Assembly (NCBI GenBank): GCA_002269645.1
Contig: NIVC01002079.1
Location: 62,001 to 126,000 of the forward strand
DNA from: Macrostomum lignano
Taxonomy: Eukaryota
Direction of reading: 5' to 3'
DNA length: 64,000 nucleotides
Under the pieces are notes generated by a model, which was given only the letters and a program-made list of their open reading frames with translations, ran no database searches and was not told the origin of the DNA. Numbering within the stretch: position 1 is the stretch's first letter; each line of letters starts with the position of its first letter. The translations under genes were made by a program, and so were the position numbers. Below are positions 44,051 through 58,400 of the stretch, one piece after another.

Positions 44051-44685
44051 ATGCTTAGAAACCACAGTTCCAATCCAGCTACTTAAAAGTACATTCGCGG
44101 TAAAAATTTGTTGCCCCAAAACTTCAATTGGAGGACACTGCAGATGTTGCAGACACTGAGAGACCAACGCAACCGGAAGCCATGCCCTCTCCACTCAGCA
44201 CCTACCGCAGTGTTTATCATAAAATATGCTGTCCAGTTCACAGCACATGCACACAGCTGGCGAAATCAACTGCAGGTAGGCCAGCCTCTATCTGGAAATT
44301 GAACGCTCGTGCGGGCTAACGCAGTCAGTCAACAAGACTGTGCGCTTTGAGACAAAAGAGAGACGGACCAATGACAGACTTACCTGCTCCTTTCCTGCCC
44401 TTCATCAATTCTGCCCGCCCAAATCTCATTAGTATATTATTGGTTTTGGACGGGAAAGCAGAGTGGGAGGATTGGAGAGCCACTAAAAAAGGACAGCAGA
44501 GCGGAGAAGCAGGGAAAGACGTCGGAATTGACCGTGAGTACTGTGGTACACCTTCTGCATATTGGTGAGTAGGGCGAGCCTGAATACTCCTGATAGTCAA
44601 GCCAACCAAGTTAATAATTACCAGTATGATTTTGGTTTCATGAAATTCAATGTTTAAGTATGATTTCTGAGCTAAAAAACTTCAA

Positions 44686-45105
44686 AACCAACTCAAACTC
44701 CTCAGACACTACCCAACTCAAACTACTCAGGCACTACCCAACTCAAACTTCTCAGACACTACCCAACTCAAACTCCTCAGACACTACCCAACTCAAACTT
44801 CTCAGACACTACCCAACTCAAACTTCTCAGACACTACCCAACTCAAACTTCTCAGACCCTACCCAACTCAAACTTCTCAGTGACTACCCAACTCAAACTA
44901 CTCAGGCACTACCCAACTCAAACTTCTCAGACACTACCCAACTCAAACTCCTCAGACCCTACCCAACTCAAACTTCTCAGACACTACCCAACTCAAACTC
45001 CTCAGACCCTACCCAACTCAAACTTCTCAGACACTACCCAACTCAAACTCCTCAGACCCTATCCAACTCAAACTCCTCAGACCCTACCCAACTCAAACTC
45101 CTCAG
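44686..45105. repeat. 25-bp minisatellite (CTACCCAACTCAAACTTCTCAGACA), ~17 copies, abutting the GT32 first coding exon
   Basis: The last unit ends CTCCTCAG at 45105, 22 nt before the ATG at 45128. Confidence 0.93.
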
Positions 45106-45127
45106 CGTCGGCAACAACAGCACCAGG

Positions 45128-47424
<2,297 letters not shown>

Positions 47425-47770
47425 TTAATAATTAGTCATTATTTTGATCTTTGAGAACACTTAATTGTAAAAAATCATACTAAAGTCCGAAGGCCACTTG
47501 ATAACTGTTGTCTCATTTTTGTGCAACTGTTTTTCCATTTTTTGTGTTTCTTTTTAGTCCTTAACTTTGTCTGTTTATATGTAGGACTGCTATGTTAGTC
47601 ATAAAAACTCTTTAATCAATTTAATCAATCAGAGAGCTCAAAAGTAAAATACAAGTAAAATCACCTTCAAGGTGCCCAGGTGATGGCTGCCGGGTGAGGG
47701 ACCGCAACAGTCACCCTGTTTCTATACAACAGCTCACACCTGCTAACCTATCACGGCAGGGTACTAACCG

Positions 47771-48296
<526 letters not shown>

Positions 48297-48729
48297 GATT
48301 GCGAGCTCCATTTAAGTAAACAATAAGACAGGCTTTTAAGTTTCCAAATTCACTGTCAACCAGAGTGAAACTCAAAAAGTACCATTTTTTATTGAATTAA
48401 ATGGAGGACAACGGTATAAGTTTAAGTTCGGAAGAATATTTGTAATTTGTAATCCTTCTAACAGTTTTTCCACCACTCAATGACAACAATCCTATAAGTG
48501 TCAGTACAATATCACATGTCATTGTCTTAAGGGAAGCAAAGTCAATGCAATCCTGCTAATTTTCCTTTCCACTACTTTCAAACGCAGATTGACCAGGGAT
48601 CTGGACACACGATAAGTAGCGAACTCATTTCTACGTGTGTGACACTTGAGAGCATTGATAATGGGGGCTGGGGTTTACTCCCGAGAGAAGTAAAACGCTA
48701 CAAGCTCTGTTGCGCATTTGATTGCTCAC

Positions 48730-48917
48730 ACTTTCATCCGTATTCACATCTTCATTCACACCTTCATTCACATCTTCATTCACAGCTTCATTCACAGCTT
48801 CATTCACACCTTCATTCACTTCTTCATTCACATCTTCATTCACATCTTCATTCACAGCTTCATTCACAGCTTCATTCACAGCTTCATTCACAGCTTCATT
48901 CACAGCTTCATTCACAT
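48730..48917. repeat. 12-bp minisatellite (TTCATTCACAGC), just downstream of the CRAL-TRIO stop codon
   Basis: About 15 units, directly visible. Confidence 0.9.
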
Positions 48918-49001
48918 CCTCATCGACGCGCAAACAAAGCAAGCCAGAAGAGAATTCAACGGGAAGACCAGAAGGAACAATTCAGAGGTGCAGGCGGGCT
49001 C

Positions 49002-52000
49002 TCAGTTGGTCATGACTTCCGCTCCCTCGGGTATGGCGAACTCCTCGGGAATTTCTAAAGCCGCCGCCGCCGCGGCCCCGTTCAACTCCAGCTGCTCCTC
49101 GTCGTCGAAGTCGGCAGCGGCGCCGCTGGCAGCCGACTGAAGCGACGCGGCCGATGAAGAGCTCGGCATCGGAGGCGGCGCAGCGACCGGCTGCTGCAGT
49201 CGACCCTCTCGGTGCGCGACGATGTTCGGATGCGGCAGGTGGCCGCTCGGGTGGGCGGCCTCGACGTACTTCGTCACGTACTCGGCGCAGCCGCGCGGAT
49301 CGTGCTCGTCTGGCGCTTCGCCTGGCGCCGATCCGCGCCAAAACTGGCGCTGCCTGGGCAGGTGCTTCCGGCTGCGATTGAGCCGCATCTCCTCGAGCAG
49401 CCAGTCGGCCAGGTCGGCCGGGAACCAGGCCTCGAAGGTGTCACGAATTTTCGACTTGCCCCGCAGCATCTTCATCTTGGCGGCGGTGGCCGGGTGCAGA
49501 AAGCGCTGGATTGCGCACCAGACGCCGTGGAAGAGGCCGCTGTGATTGACGCAGAACACCTTGCCGAGACGCTCCGGGTAGAAGTTGCTGAACACCTGCG
49601 TGACTGAGTAGCCGAGGCGCGGGTTGCAGGCTGGCAGGCTGATGCCTGCGGGCGAGTTGAGGATGGCACTGACGGGACTGAGGGGGAATGTCACTGAGCG
49701 GGACTGAGGGTGGATGGAACTGAGCGGGACTGAGGGTGGATGGAACTGAGCGGGACTGAGGGGGAATGGAACTGAGCGGGACTGAGGGTGGATGGAACTG
49801 ATCGGGACTGAGGGTGGATGGAACTGAGCGGGACTGAGGGTGGATGGAACTGAGCGGGACTGAGGGGGATGGAACTGAGCGGGACTGAGGGGGATGGAAC
49901 TGAGCGGGACTGAGGGGGATGGAACTGAGCGGGACTGAGGGGGGATGGAACTGAGCGGGACTGAGGGGGATGGAACTGAGCGGGACTGAGGGGGGATGGA
50001 ACTGAGCGGGACTGAGGGGGGATGGAACTGAGCGGGACTGAGGGGGATGGAACTGAGCGGGACTGAGGGGGATGGAACTGAGCGGGACTGAGGGGAATTG
50101 TCAAAGTTGATTTCAATTCGCAGAAGTGATTGCTCTATAGTGGATTTTAAGGAGCAGAATCCTTTCGATCTGCTTGCTTAATAAGCGTACAAAGAATCAA
50201 AGAAGAAATATTCTGGATACAGTAATTTGGTAAACACGCGCAAACTGCCATACAAAGCTACCCCCGTTACATTTTAGAGTGGGAAATTGCTTTCTCTCCG
50301 CTTTACCTCTTGAATTTCATTCTCTCTACGCTAATAATTTCCTAACTGCCTGAATCGCTCCGAGGCTTCGGCTAGCTTGAGAGCTGCTTCAAAGCGCAGT
50401 CTCTGCTGCATTGTTAGAATTTGCACTTCTAGTACACTGCAAAAACCCCGTCGCCTCTCTTCTCGATTCAGGCCGACCCAGAAAAACTATTGATTTCGTC
50501 AATGCCTATTATTTATGCAGAATTTCACCAACAGCTTGCAGTCCCTTTCAAAACAATGATGAGAGTAAAACTGCCTGCAGAGCCTTTAATTAAGAGAATA
50601 ATAAAGAGGGGCAACTTTCTTGCTACTTAAAGTAGTAGTCTAACGGAACTACCGTAATTTTTAATAGACGGAAAACTAGCGATTCAGATTTGCATGAGTT
50701 GCGTGATTTTCAAAATCAAGCAGCTCTTTCAACTGCCAGATAAAGTATCCAGATCATTGCTGCGGGCCAGATAAGAGAGGACGAGGGAATAGAGGAGAGA
50801 GAAGAGAATAGAGGATATGAGAGATGAGAGAAGAAGTAAGAGAGAAGATAATAGAAAATAATAGAGGAGGGAGATGTGAGGAGAGGAGAGAGGTGTGAGG
50901 AGAGGAGAGAGGTGTGAGGAGAGGAGAGAGATGAGAGGAGAGGGGAGAGATGAGAGGAGAGGAGAGAGATGGGAGGAGAGGAGAGAGATGTGAGGAGAGG
51001 GGAGAGATGAGAAGAGAGATGAGAGGAGAGGGGAGAGATGAGAGGAGAGGGGAGAGATGAGAGGAGAGAAGAGAGATGAGAGGAGAGAATAGAGATGAGA
51101 AAGTAGAGAAGAGAGATGAGAGGAGGGAAGAGAGATGAGAAAGCAGAGAAGAGAGATGAGAGGAGGGAAGAGAGATGAGAAAGCAGAGAAGAGAGATGAG
51201 AGGAGAGAAGAGAGATGAGAAAGTAGAGAAGAGAGAGGGGAGAGAGAAGAGGGCAGATGAAATCTGAGAAGAGACACAAACCCTGAGCGGGCCGACAGGC
51301 TATTGTGAAGTTTCAAAGGACCCGAAGGCCGGATAGAGAGGCCGACCCCTGATCTACACTGCGAATTTATGACGCAGAATCTCAGCAATGCAATTCAACA
51401 ATAACGTACCCGTACAGTCGATAACGAAAATCCAGGTGGTCACACCCGGCCGCATAGTCCGTTTAGCATTCTCAATCAGGTAGGTGCAGTGCGCGATTGA
51501 CTCCTCCACGCCGTTGCTGCTGGCGCTGGCCTGGGCAAAGCAGGAGTAAATCACAGGCCGGCCGAACTCATCGAACCCAACCTGACGCTACAGGTGCGAA
51601 AGTTGATGAGGGTGTGCAAAAACACAGGTGATTCAGACATATGTTTCTAGTTTTGGGTGAATAATTTCAAACCAAAAACTATTTCTGAACAGTTTTAACA
51701 CATTAGTTGCGCTAATTATAATTAAATCGATAAAAATGCTGTTTTGCTGCCACATTTAGAAATTTTTGTTTCTTCATTTTTCTTTCAAGCGTCTGTCCTT
51801 AGTGAACTTTATTAAGCTTTAAGGAGTTGATCTTGATTGTTCTAGCTATTGGTACAGATGCTAAATCTGCTGCATTCGATATTGAATCTACTGCATTCTA
51901 CACTGAACCTACTGCATTCTACATTGAATCTACACCATTCTACATGGAATCTACTGCATTCTACACTGAATCTACACCATTCTACATTGAATCTACACCA

Positions 52001-53583
52001 TTCTACATTGAATCTACACCATTCTACATTGAATCTACACCATTCTACATTGAATCTACACCATTCTACATGGAATCTACTGCATTCTAATGACCACCCT
52101 CCATGATCGGCCTCCATAATGCAGATCACCCTCCAATAGAGCTCAATCTCGTGTGTTTTTCTGGTAGCTTAACTAAGCTGGGTTTCTTCCCCTAGCGGAG
52201 GAACAACGGTGATTTCCGTTCCGCCCTTCTTGCTGCCTTTTTCTCTACTACCTCCTGTCTTCCTTATACGATATTAGGTATAGATAGGCATTTTTGGTCA
52301 CGCCACATTGACATGGGTCTATCGGGAATTTTTTAGCATAATTCTCTGCCCGTTTCAAAGTGTGGGTGGACTTCGGCATGAGAAACAGCTGCTGCAACTG
52401 CTGCTTGGTAAAAAAGGCTTTGTAGACTCTGCAGCGGGATTCTAGAATCGAGAGCTGATTGAATTTTGCGAGTCAAGCGGGTTTGAGTTTCCCAGCACGA
52501 GCGTCTCTCCCCAACACTGGACAGTCTTTGAGAAGAAGAGGGAGACGCGGAAAGAAGTTTTCAGAGAAAATTGCCAAGGTGCTCTGAAAACTTCTTGCCG
52601 AGTGGGGTCGCTTCTGCGTCTGCCTTGGAGAGAAATGAGAAAAGTTTTTCGATTTTTAGAATGATAGTCCCAAATTTAACTTTAGACATTCATTCAGTTA
52701 GCTGCATTTGACCTTGAATCTCTAAAAAATTAATAAAAATATCACTTAAAGCACCTTTGTCAATATGTTTGCTTTAAAAATGAAGTGTTTTGGGGAGTTG
52801 CTGAGATGCCATGGCTCAATGGGGAGTTGCTGAGATGCCAAGACTCAATGGAGAGTTGCTGAGATGCCAGGACTCAATGGAGAGTTGCTGAGATGCCAAT
52901 TGACTCAATGGAGAGTTGCTGAGATGCCAATTGACTCAATGGAGAGTTGCTGAGATGCCAATTGACTCAATGGGGAGTTGCTGAGATGCCAATTGACTCA
53001 ATGGGGAGTTGCTGAGATGCCAGGACTCAATGGAGAGTTGCTGAGATGCCAATTGACTCAATGGGGAGTTGCTGAGATGCTCAATGGGGAGTTGTTGAAA
53101 TGCCATGGCTCAATGGGGAAGGTGCTGAGATGCCACGACTCAGTAGGGAGTTGCTCGAATCGCGCAGCCAACTTGCTTACCATGCTGTGACAGCCAGGCT
53201 GCTGCTGGCACCAGCGACAGTCGGCAGTCAGTGGCCTGTAGGACCGTCTCCAAGCGATGGCGTCGCGCAGCTGCTTCTCGGCGGCGTCGATGTTCCATTC
53301 ACGGGCTTTGAGAAATCGCAGTAATCTGTTCGGACATTGGGCAATGGGAAATTGCTGATGCCATGACTAATCTAGGGATTTGGCTACATAATGCTAGGGG
53401 GATTTTTCTGCATGATCATGAGGATGGAATTGACTAATTTTGGCTTCATTAAGAGACAAACAGTGGGGCAACTCTGCCACGCACTCACGTTTCATCCTCC
53501 TGAATGTAGTTTTCGTCTGGCAGCGGTTCCTCGTTTGCAATTCTGATGCGCAGCTCTTTCAGTAGCTGGTCGTGATTGCTCAT
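49002..53583 (-). CDS. CRAL-TRIO / SEC14-like lipid-binding domain protein, ~353 aa
   Basis: Exons 53489-53583, 53181-53325, 51410-51587 and 49002-49645, GT-AG, phases 2,0,1, 1062 nt. Motifs DETLLRFLKAREWNIDAAEKQL, GFDEFGRPVIY, WIFVIDCTG, FSNFYPERLG, FLHPATAAKM. Confidence 0.92.
49673..50097. repeat. 25-bp minisatellite (GGGACTGAGGGGGATGGAACTGAGC), ~17 copies
   Basis: Directly visible. Ends ~27 nt from the CRAL-TRIO last-exon acceptor (49646). Confidence 0.93.
50765..51260. repeat. GA-rich low-complexity repeat (GAGATGAGAGGAGAG-like)
   Basis: Purine-only tract with recurring GAGAGATGAGAGGAG units. Confidence 0.88.
51870..52090. repeat. 21-bp minisatellite (TACATTGAATCTACACCATTC), ~10 copies
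   Basis: Directly visible. Confidence 0.9.
52790..53150. repeat. ~29-32-bp minisatellite (GGGGAGTTGCTGAGATGCCAATTGACTCAAT)
   Basis: About 12 imperfect units, ending ~30 nt from the donor at 53180. Confidence 0.88.
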
Positions 53584-55495
53584 TTCTGTACCTGCACAGT
53601 TGAATAAACCAGCTCAGCTCTGGTGGTTGCTAGAAGGTAGACCACGATTTTCTGTTGAGGTGTGCTCGTGTAGATTGTGGAATAGTTTTATGTGAGTCGC
53701 CAATCTGTTGTTCTGTGTGAGCTCAGTGAGCTCCGCTCACTGCACGAGTTTGAGAACTCCGGACGAATTTGAAAAAATCGATTGACTTGGATTGTAATAG
53801 TGGGCAGAGCTAGAGGGAACAGAGAGAGAAGAGAGGAGTGTAAGTCGCGTACACACAGCACATTGTGCGTATGTGCATTGTGTGAAATCCGCGAAGCTCC
53901 GTTGGTCAGGGACTGCAGTGGCATGAAACTGTGGTTCGTATTGACGTACATATGACGCTCGTAATTTTGACTTTCAAACTTTTTGATAATTTATAAAGAA
54001 CAATTTTTGAAGTATATTAAAGAAAGCGGCTATATTTAACTTTAGTCGTTCCTAGCTATAATTAACGCGCCTGATCAGTCAAAATGATTGTCTGCAATGT
54101 GCTATAGCTATAGATTGCTATAGATTCGAGCTGTGCTATACAATTGTTTTAATGATAAATGGAAATACACACATTTATATTGCATGGCTCTTACTGTAGC
54201 GTAAAAATTCTCTAAATCAATTAATATAGTAGCGTGTTATACATGTATAACAATTCGATGCTAAAATCTCATGGTTACCTGTAACTGCAAATGTATGGTT
54301 CAGAATGATAAGGAAAGCACGCCCAAATGAGAAGAAAATACATGCTAACGAGCTCGTAAAATAATTCTTTATTAAGCTTAAGGCTATCAAATTTATGCGG
54401 TGACTGATTGAGCCGTTTTCTCTATATCAGATCCTGTTTTCCTGACCTCATGCACTATTTGGAACGGAAATTGGAGAATAATTGCACCATCCGAATGGTC
54501 TCAGGGGAACGAAAAATCGCCATTATGGGCTCAGAATCAATTGAATAAGAGCTGAAAAAAGCTGACATGTTTATTGTTTAAGTTGGTCGTAGTTAAAGTA
54601 TGTAAATGCACCGGACTTTCGGATTTTGAGGCACACTTTTAAACAAAAGCATTGTACATTTTTCAAGTTCAACTCTATTTTAAAGGAAATTAGATGTTTT
54701 AAATTTATCTTTTAAAATTACAAGTAGCATATTGTCTAAACTTTAAAGAAACGCTCGAAAAATTCACACGAATTTCCACTGTACATCTACTGCGCAATTT
54801 TAAATCCCATACAATTGACTGTTGACTTAACCATCGTCACCGTGCCACTTATTTATTTATTTGCTCGTAAGCTATCGCAAGTTGGTTTTAACGCTCAGGT
54901 AAGTTTTTCTTAATAAAAAACTTAACGTAATAGCTTGCTTTTTTAGCCATTTAAGAAATATCGGTGATTTTTTAAAATCTAATTTATGTAATAAATCGAA
55001 ATAAGTACATACCAACTTTAAAATAAATAATGAGCTAGTTTTGTTGATTTAGTAGTCATTTTGTCAATGTAATCAAATAATTTGTATATCAAAATGCATT
55101 CAGTTTAAATATCTTTTCAAATATTGAAACTGAAAGTTATAAAATATTTTATATTATTATAAATAAATTTGTAGAAATTCATATCATATTAATAAATGAT
55201 TGCAGGTAATTTAGATTCTGCTTGGAAAAAATGCAATGTTCCCACTTCGATCTAACGCATCTAGGCTATTTATCACATTTTATCCAGAAACAAAGAAAAG
55301 TAGTAGTGATAATATTGTAAAAAAAATTGAATTCGAAATATTTGCATACTATTGTTCAATTTTAAATAGCATTCATTTTTATAGGATTTTCTTTCATCTA
55401 ACCTAGACTTCCCATTAATATTAATAAGAGATTAGAGCCTTTAAGTTTGATGGATTTCCATTATAACACTTGAATGTGATGAACTGACTTTCAGA

Positions 55496-58400
55496 ATGAG
55501 CAGCACTAACAATCAGCAGCAGAAGGATGCAAGCAGCAGCAACAGCACGCAGCCCTCGCTGTCCAGCGCAGCCTCGGGTAGCAACAACTGCGCCAAGACG
55601 GAGGACAAGACAAGCCAAGGCAAGAAGCCTCGCGGTCCCCGAGCTGGGAGCAAGCGGCACCAGCACGAAGCTGGTCAGAGACATCAGCAGCGACAGCTGA
55701 TCCGCTACAACCGGGACACGCTCCTGCAGATGCGCGACTCTCGCCTGTCATCAGCCTGGCCCAGGGCTCTGAACAGAGCGTACGTGGGCGACGGAGGTCT
55801 GTGGGACCCTGTGAAACTCTTCGAGGGAGAGCGGAAGAGCGCCTTCGATGGCAAGACGAAGATTGAGCGAGTCAGGAACGGTGAGACTTTCTGCCATTTT
55901 TCTCCCATCTTGCCTGATAATTAAACTATGTTGATGCTGCAACTCGCTGATCATCATCGCACCAAACTGAAATTTCAGTTCGTGGTGCCGCCATGGTGCA
56001 GCCATCTTACAGCAGCGGGCCCAGCGCCGAAGACAGCCAGTCGTTTGGAAGGTCATCGAGACGAAGAAGTGAGTTGCTGGCTGCTGCAAAAAAAATTTCG
56101 TATGGATCATCAATTAATTTTTTATGTAGGCTCTTCTGTCATCACTTTTGTGCTAGCGTTAATTTTAACCCACATTCCGCATAAGTTCGAAAAGAAATTG
56201 TTTTTACACCTATTTTTTATTTGAAATTATCCAAAAAAACTTTACGTCATAGCAAGTGCTTTCATGTGCTATGATGCCTTTCCTATTACTGAGTATTTTA
56301 GCTGTGAGAGAGGGGCTTAAGCCAGTTTGCTGAATCAGGAGAGGTGTGAACAGTTTGCCTGATGCGGTAAACCCCCTTTCCCTTAAAAACTGCCCCACAA
56401 CTGCCGATTGGTTATATGTGCAGCCACTTTGCCTTTTTATTATCGATTGTTGAATGTACATATACAAATGTACATTTATCAGGCTGAAGGGTTTGAATTT
56501 GGGGGGAGGGGTTGTAGGGGGGGGTAAGAAAAACTGCATTGGTCCGCCTGGACCTGGACCTAGCCAATCGATTAGATTAGTCTCCTGCTGTGCCTGCGGC
56601 TCGCCTACGCTTTTACGCGACCCTCCCTCTCCTTTCTCTCTGGGTCTGCAATAAAACTATATTGTAGTTTTACGACCATGGCATTCGCGATTACATAATG
56701 ACATCAAACTCAGTTAAGTTGACCATTGGCGGTCTGTACAGTATACAATTTAAGGCTCGCTTACTCGCAATCATCTGAATGTGCTCAATTCAGATCTTTG
56801 CCGCGATCGCTTAAAATATACTCAACAACATTAAAAAGTCGCCACCTTTGTGCGCAGTAAATTCTAGCTCAGTATTGACTTTTGACTGGCGCATCTTGCA
56901 CGACGCGACGCAGAGTTTTGGTCTGGGTGAGGAGGGATTGGGAAGAGCGAAGGGCAAAGACTGGACGGATTGAAGCTTCCTCCCGGTTTTCATAGTTTTT
57001 TTCCTAGCATTTTTTATATCAAAATGATTGGCCAGGTGATAGAAGCTGGTCGAAAGACACTGCTCACTGAGACAAAGAATGGCGACTTTTCCATTTTGCT
57101 GAGTATAATTTTAAGCTTAGCCAGAAAACCTACAAAGACCAGTGGATGGATCAAGCAAAACGTTATGTAACTGATGACAATTTTTTCATTCTTTATTTAT
57201 CAAAAAATCAAGGAAAGTGAGATCCAAAACGACTTAATAGATTCACTAAAAAGTCCTAAAAACCATCTAAACCGCTGTAACTCCGCAGAACGCACCAAAG
57301 AGGAGGCGGCGTCTCCCGCGGCGTCTTCAACGCAAAGGCAACGCGGGTGGCCGCCTGGCAACGCAGCGGAGACCCAGCAGGCGGCCAAGTCTGCAGAGCC
57401 GGCGGCGGACGGCAGGAAGGAGCCGCGGGACGACGTCGCCAGGGGCTTCGGACCGTCTCGGCTTGGCGGCGGAGGCTCCGCCGGAGGCTTCGTTCGCCGG
57501 TCGGACCGGCCAGCGACCGCTGGGGGCGTCGGCGGAGGCGGCTTTGGCAGCGGCCGAGGAGGTCCGGGCGTCTCCGGCCGGTGGGAGCGAAGCCAAGGCC
57601 TACGCGATCCTCAAGGCCTCCGCGGCGGCTTCCAGCCTCCGCGACATCGGCCCGCCGAGGAGGAGGAGCTGCCCGCCTGGTTCGATGAGGGACCGCTGGA
57701 CAAGATGGAGAAGCTGGAGTTGACGGGCCTCCCGGAAGACATGGAGGCGGCCGAGGGCGACGGCGGCTCCAAGAAGACGGAGGCCACCCAGCAGCAGCAG
57801 CAGCAGAAGCAGCAGCCTCTCGACGGACTCGGTCTAGGCAGCAGCAGCTTCGAGAGCGGCGGAAGTTCCTCGTCGCGCTTCGCCAAGTGGCTGGCAGTGG
57901 ACGAGCCGTCGCAGCCGCAGCCGCAGCCACCTACAGCAGAGGCTGGGCAGCGAGATGGCGCTCAGCAGCAGCTTGAGCGAATCTTCCAGGACATGCGCGG
58001 CAGGCACGGACATGAGACCAATCAGCAGCCGCAGACTGCACCGAACGTTGGACCGTCGCTGATGCACCTGCTCCGCCCGCCGCAGCCGCCGCCGCCTCCA
58101 CCACCACAAAGGCCGCTGCACGCTCAGGAGGTCGAGGCGAACCTCAAGTCGATGCTGTTCGGCTCTGAGGCGGCCGCTCCGCCACCACCGCCGCCCGCCG
58201 CAGTCGCCGCTGCATCTTCTGAAGGCTCCGCCATGCCGGTTCTGCCACCGAACGGGCAGGCGCGGACGCTCGAAGAAATCGAGAGCAGCCTGGGCGCAGC
58301 TTCCAGCGGCTCGGACCGCAGCTCCCGAGGCAGCAAGGACAGCCGTGCTATCTACAAGCTGATTGGCGACCTGCAGGTGCAAATGCACGACGCTGCTTCT

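Noticed and set aside
54170-54215. ATTGCATGGCTCTTACTG resembling pieces of a flatworm spliced-leader sequence
   Set aside because: The short matches are in the wrong order relative to the SL as I recall it, with no donor or Sm-site structure; probably chance.
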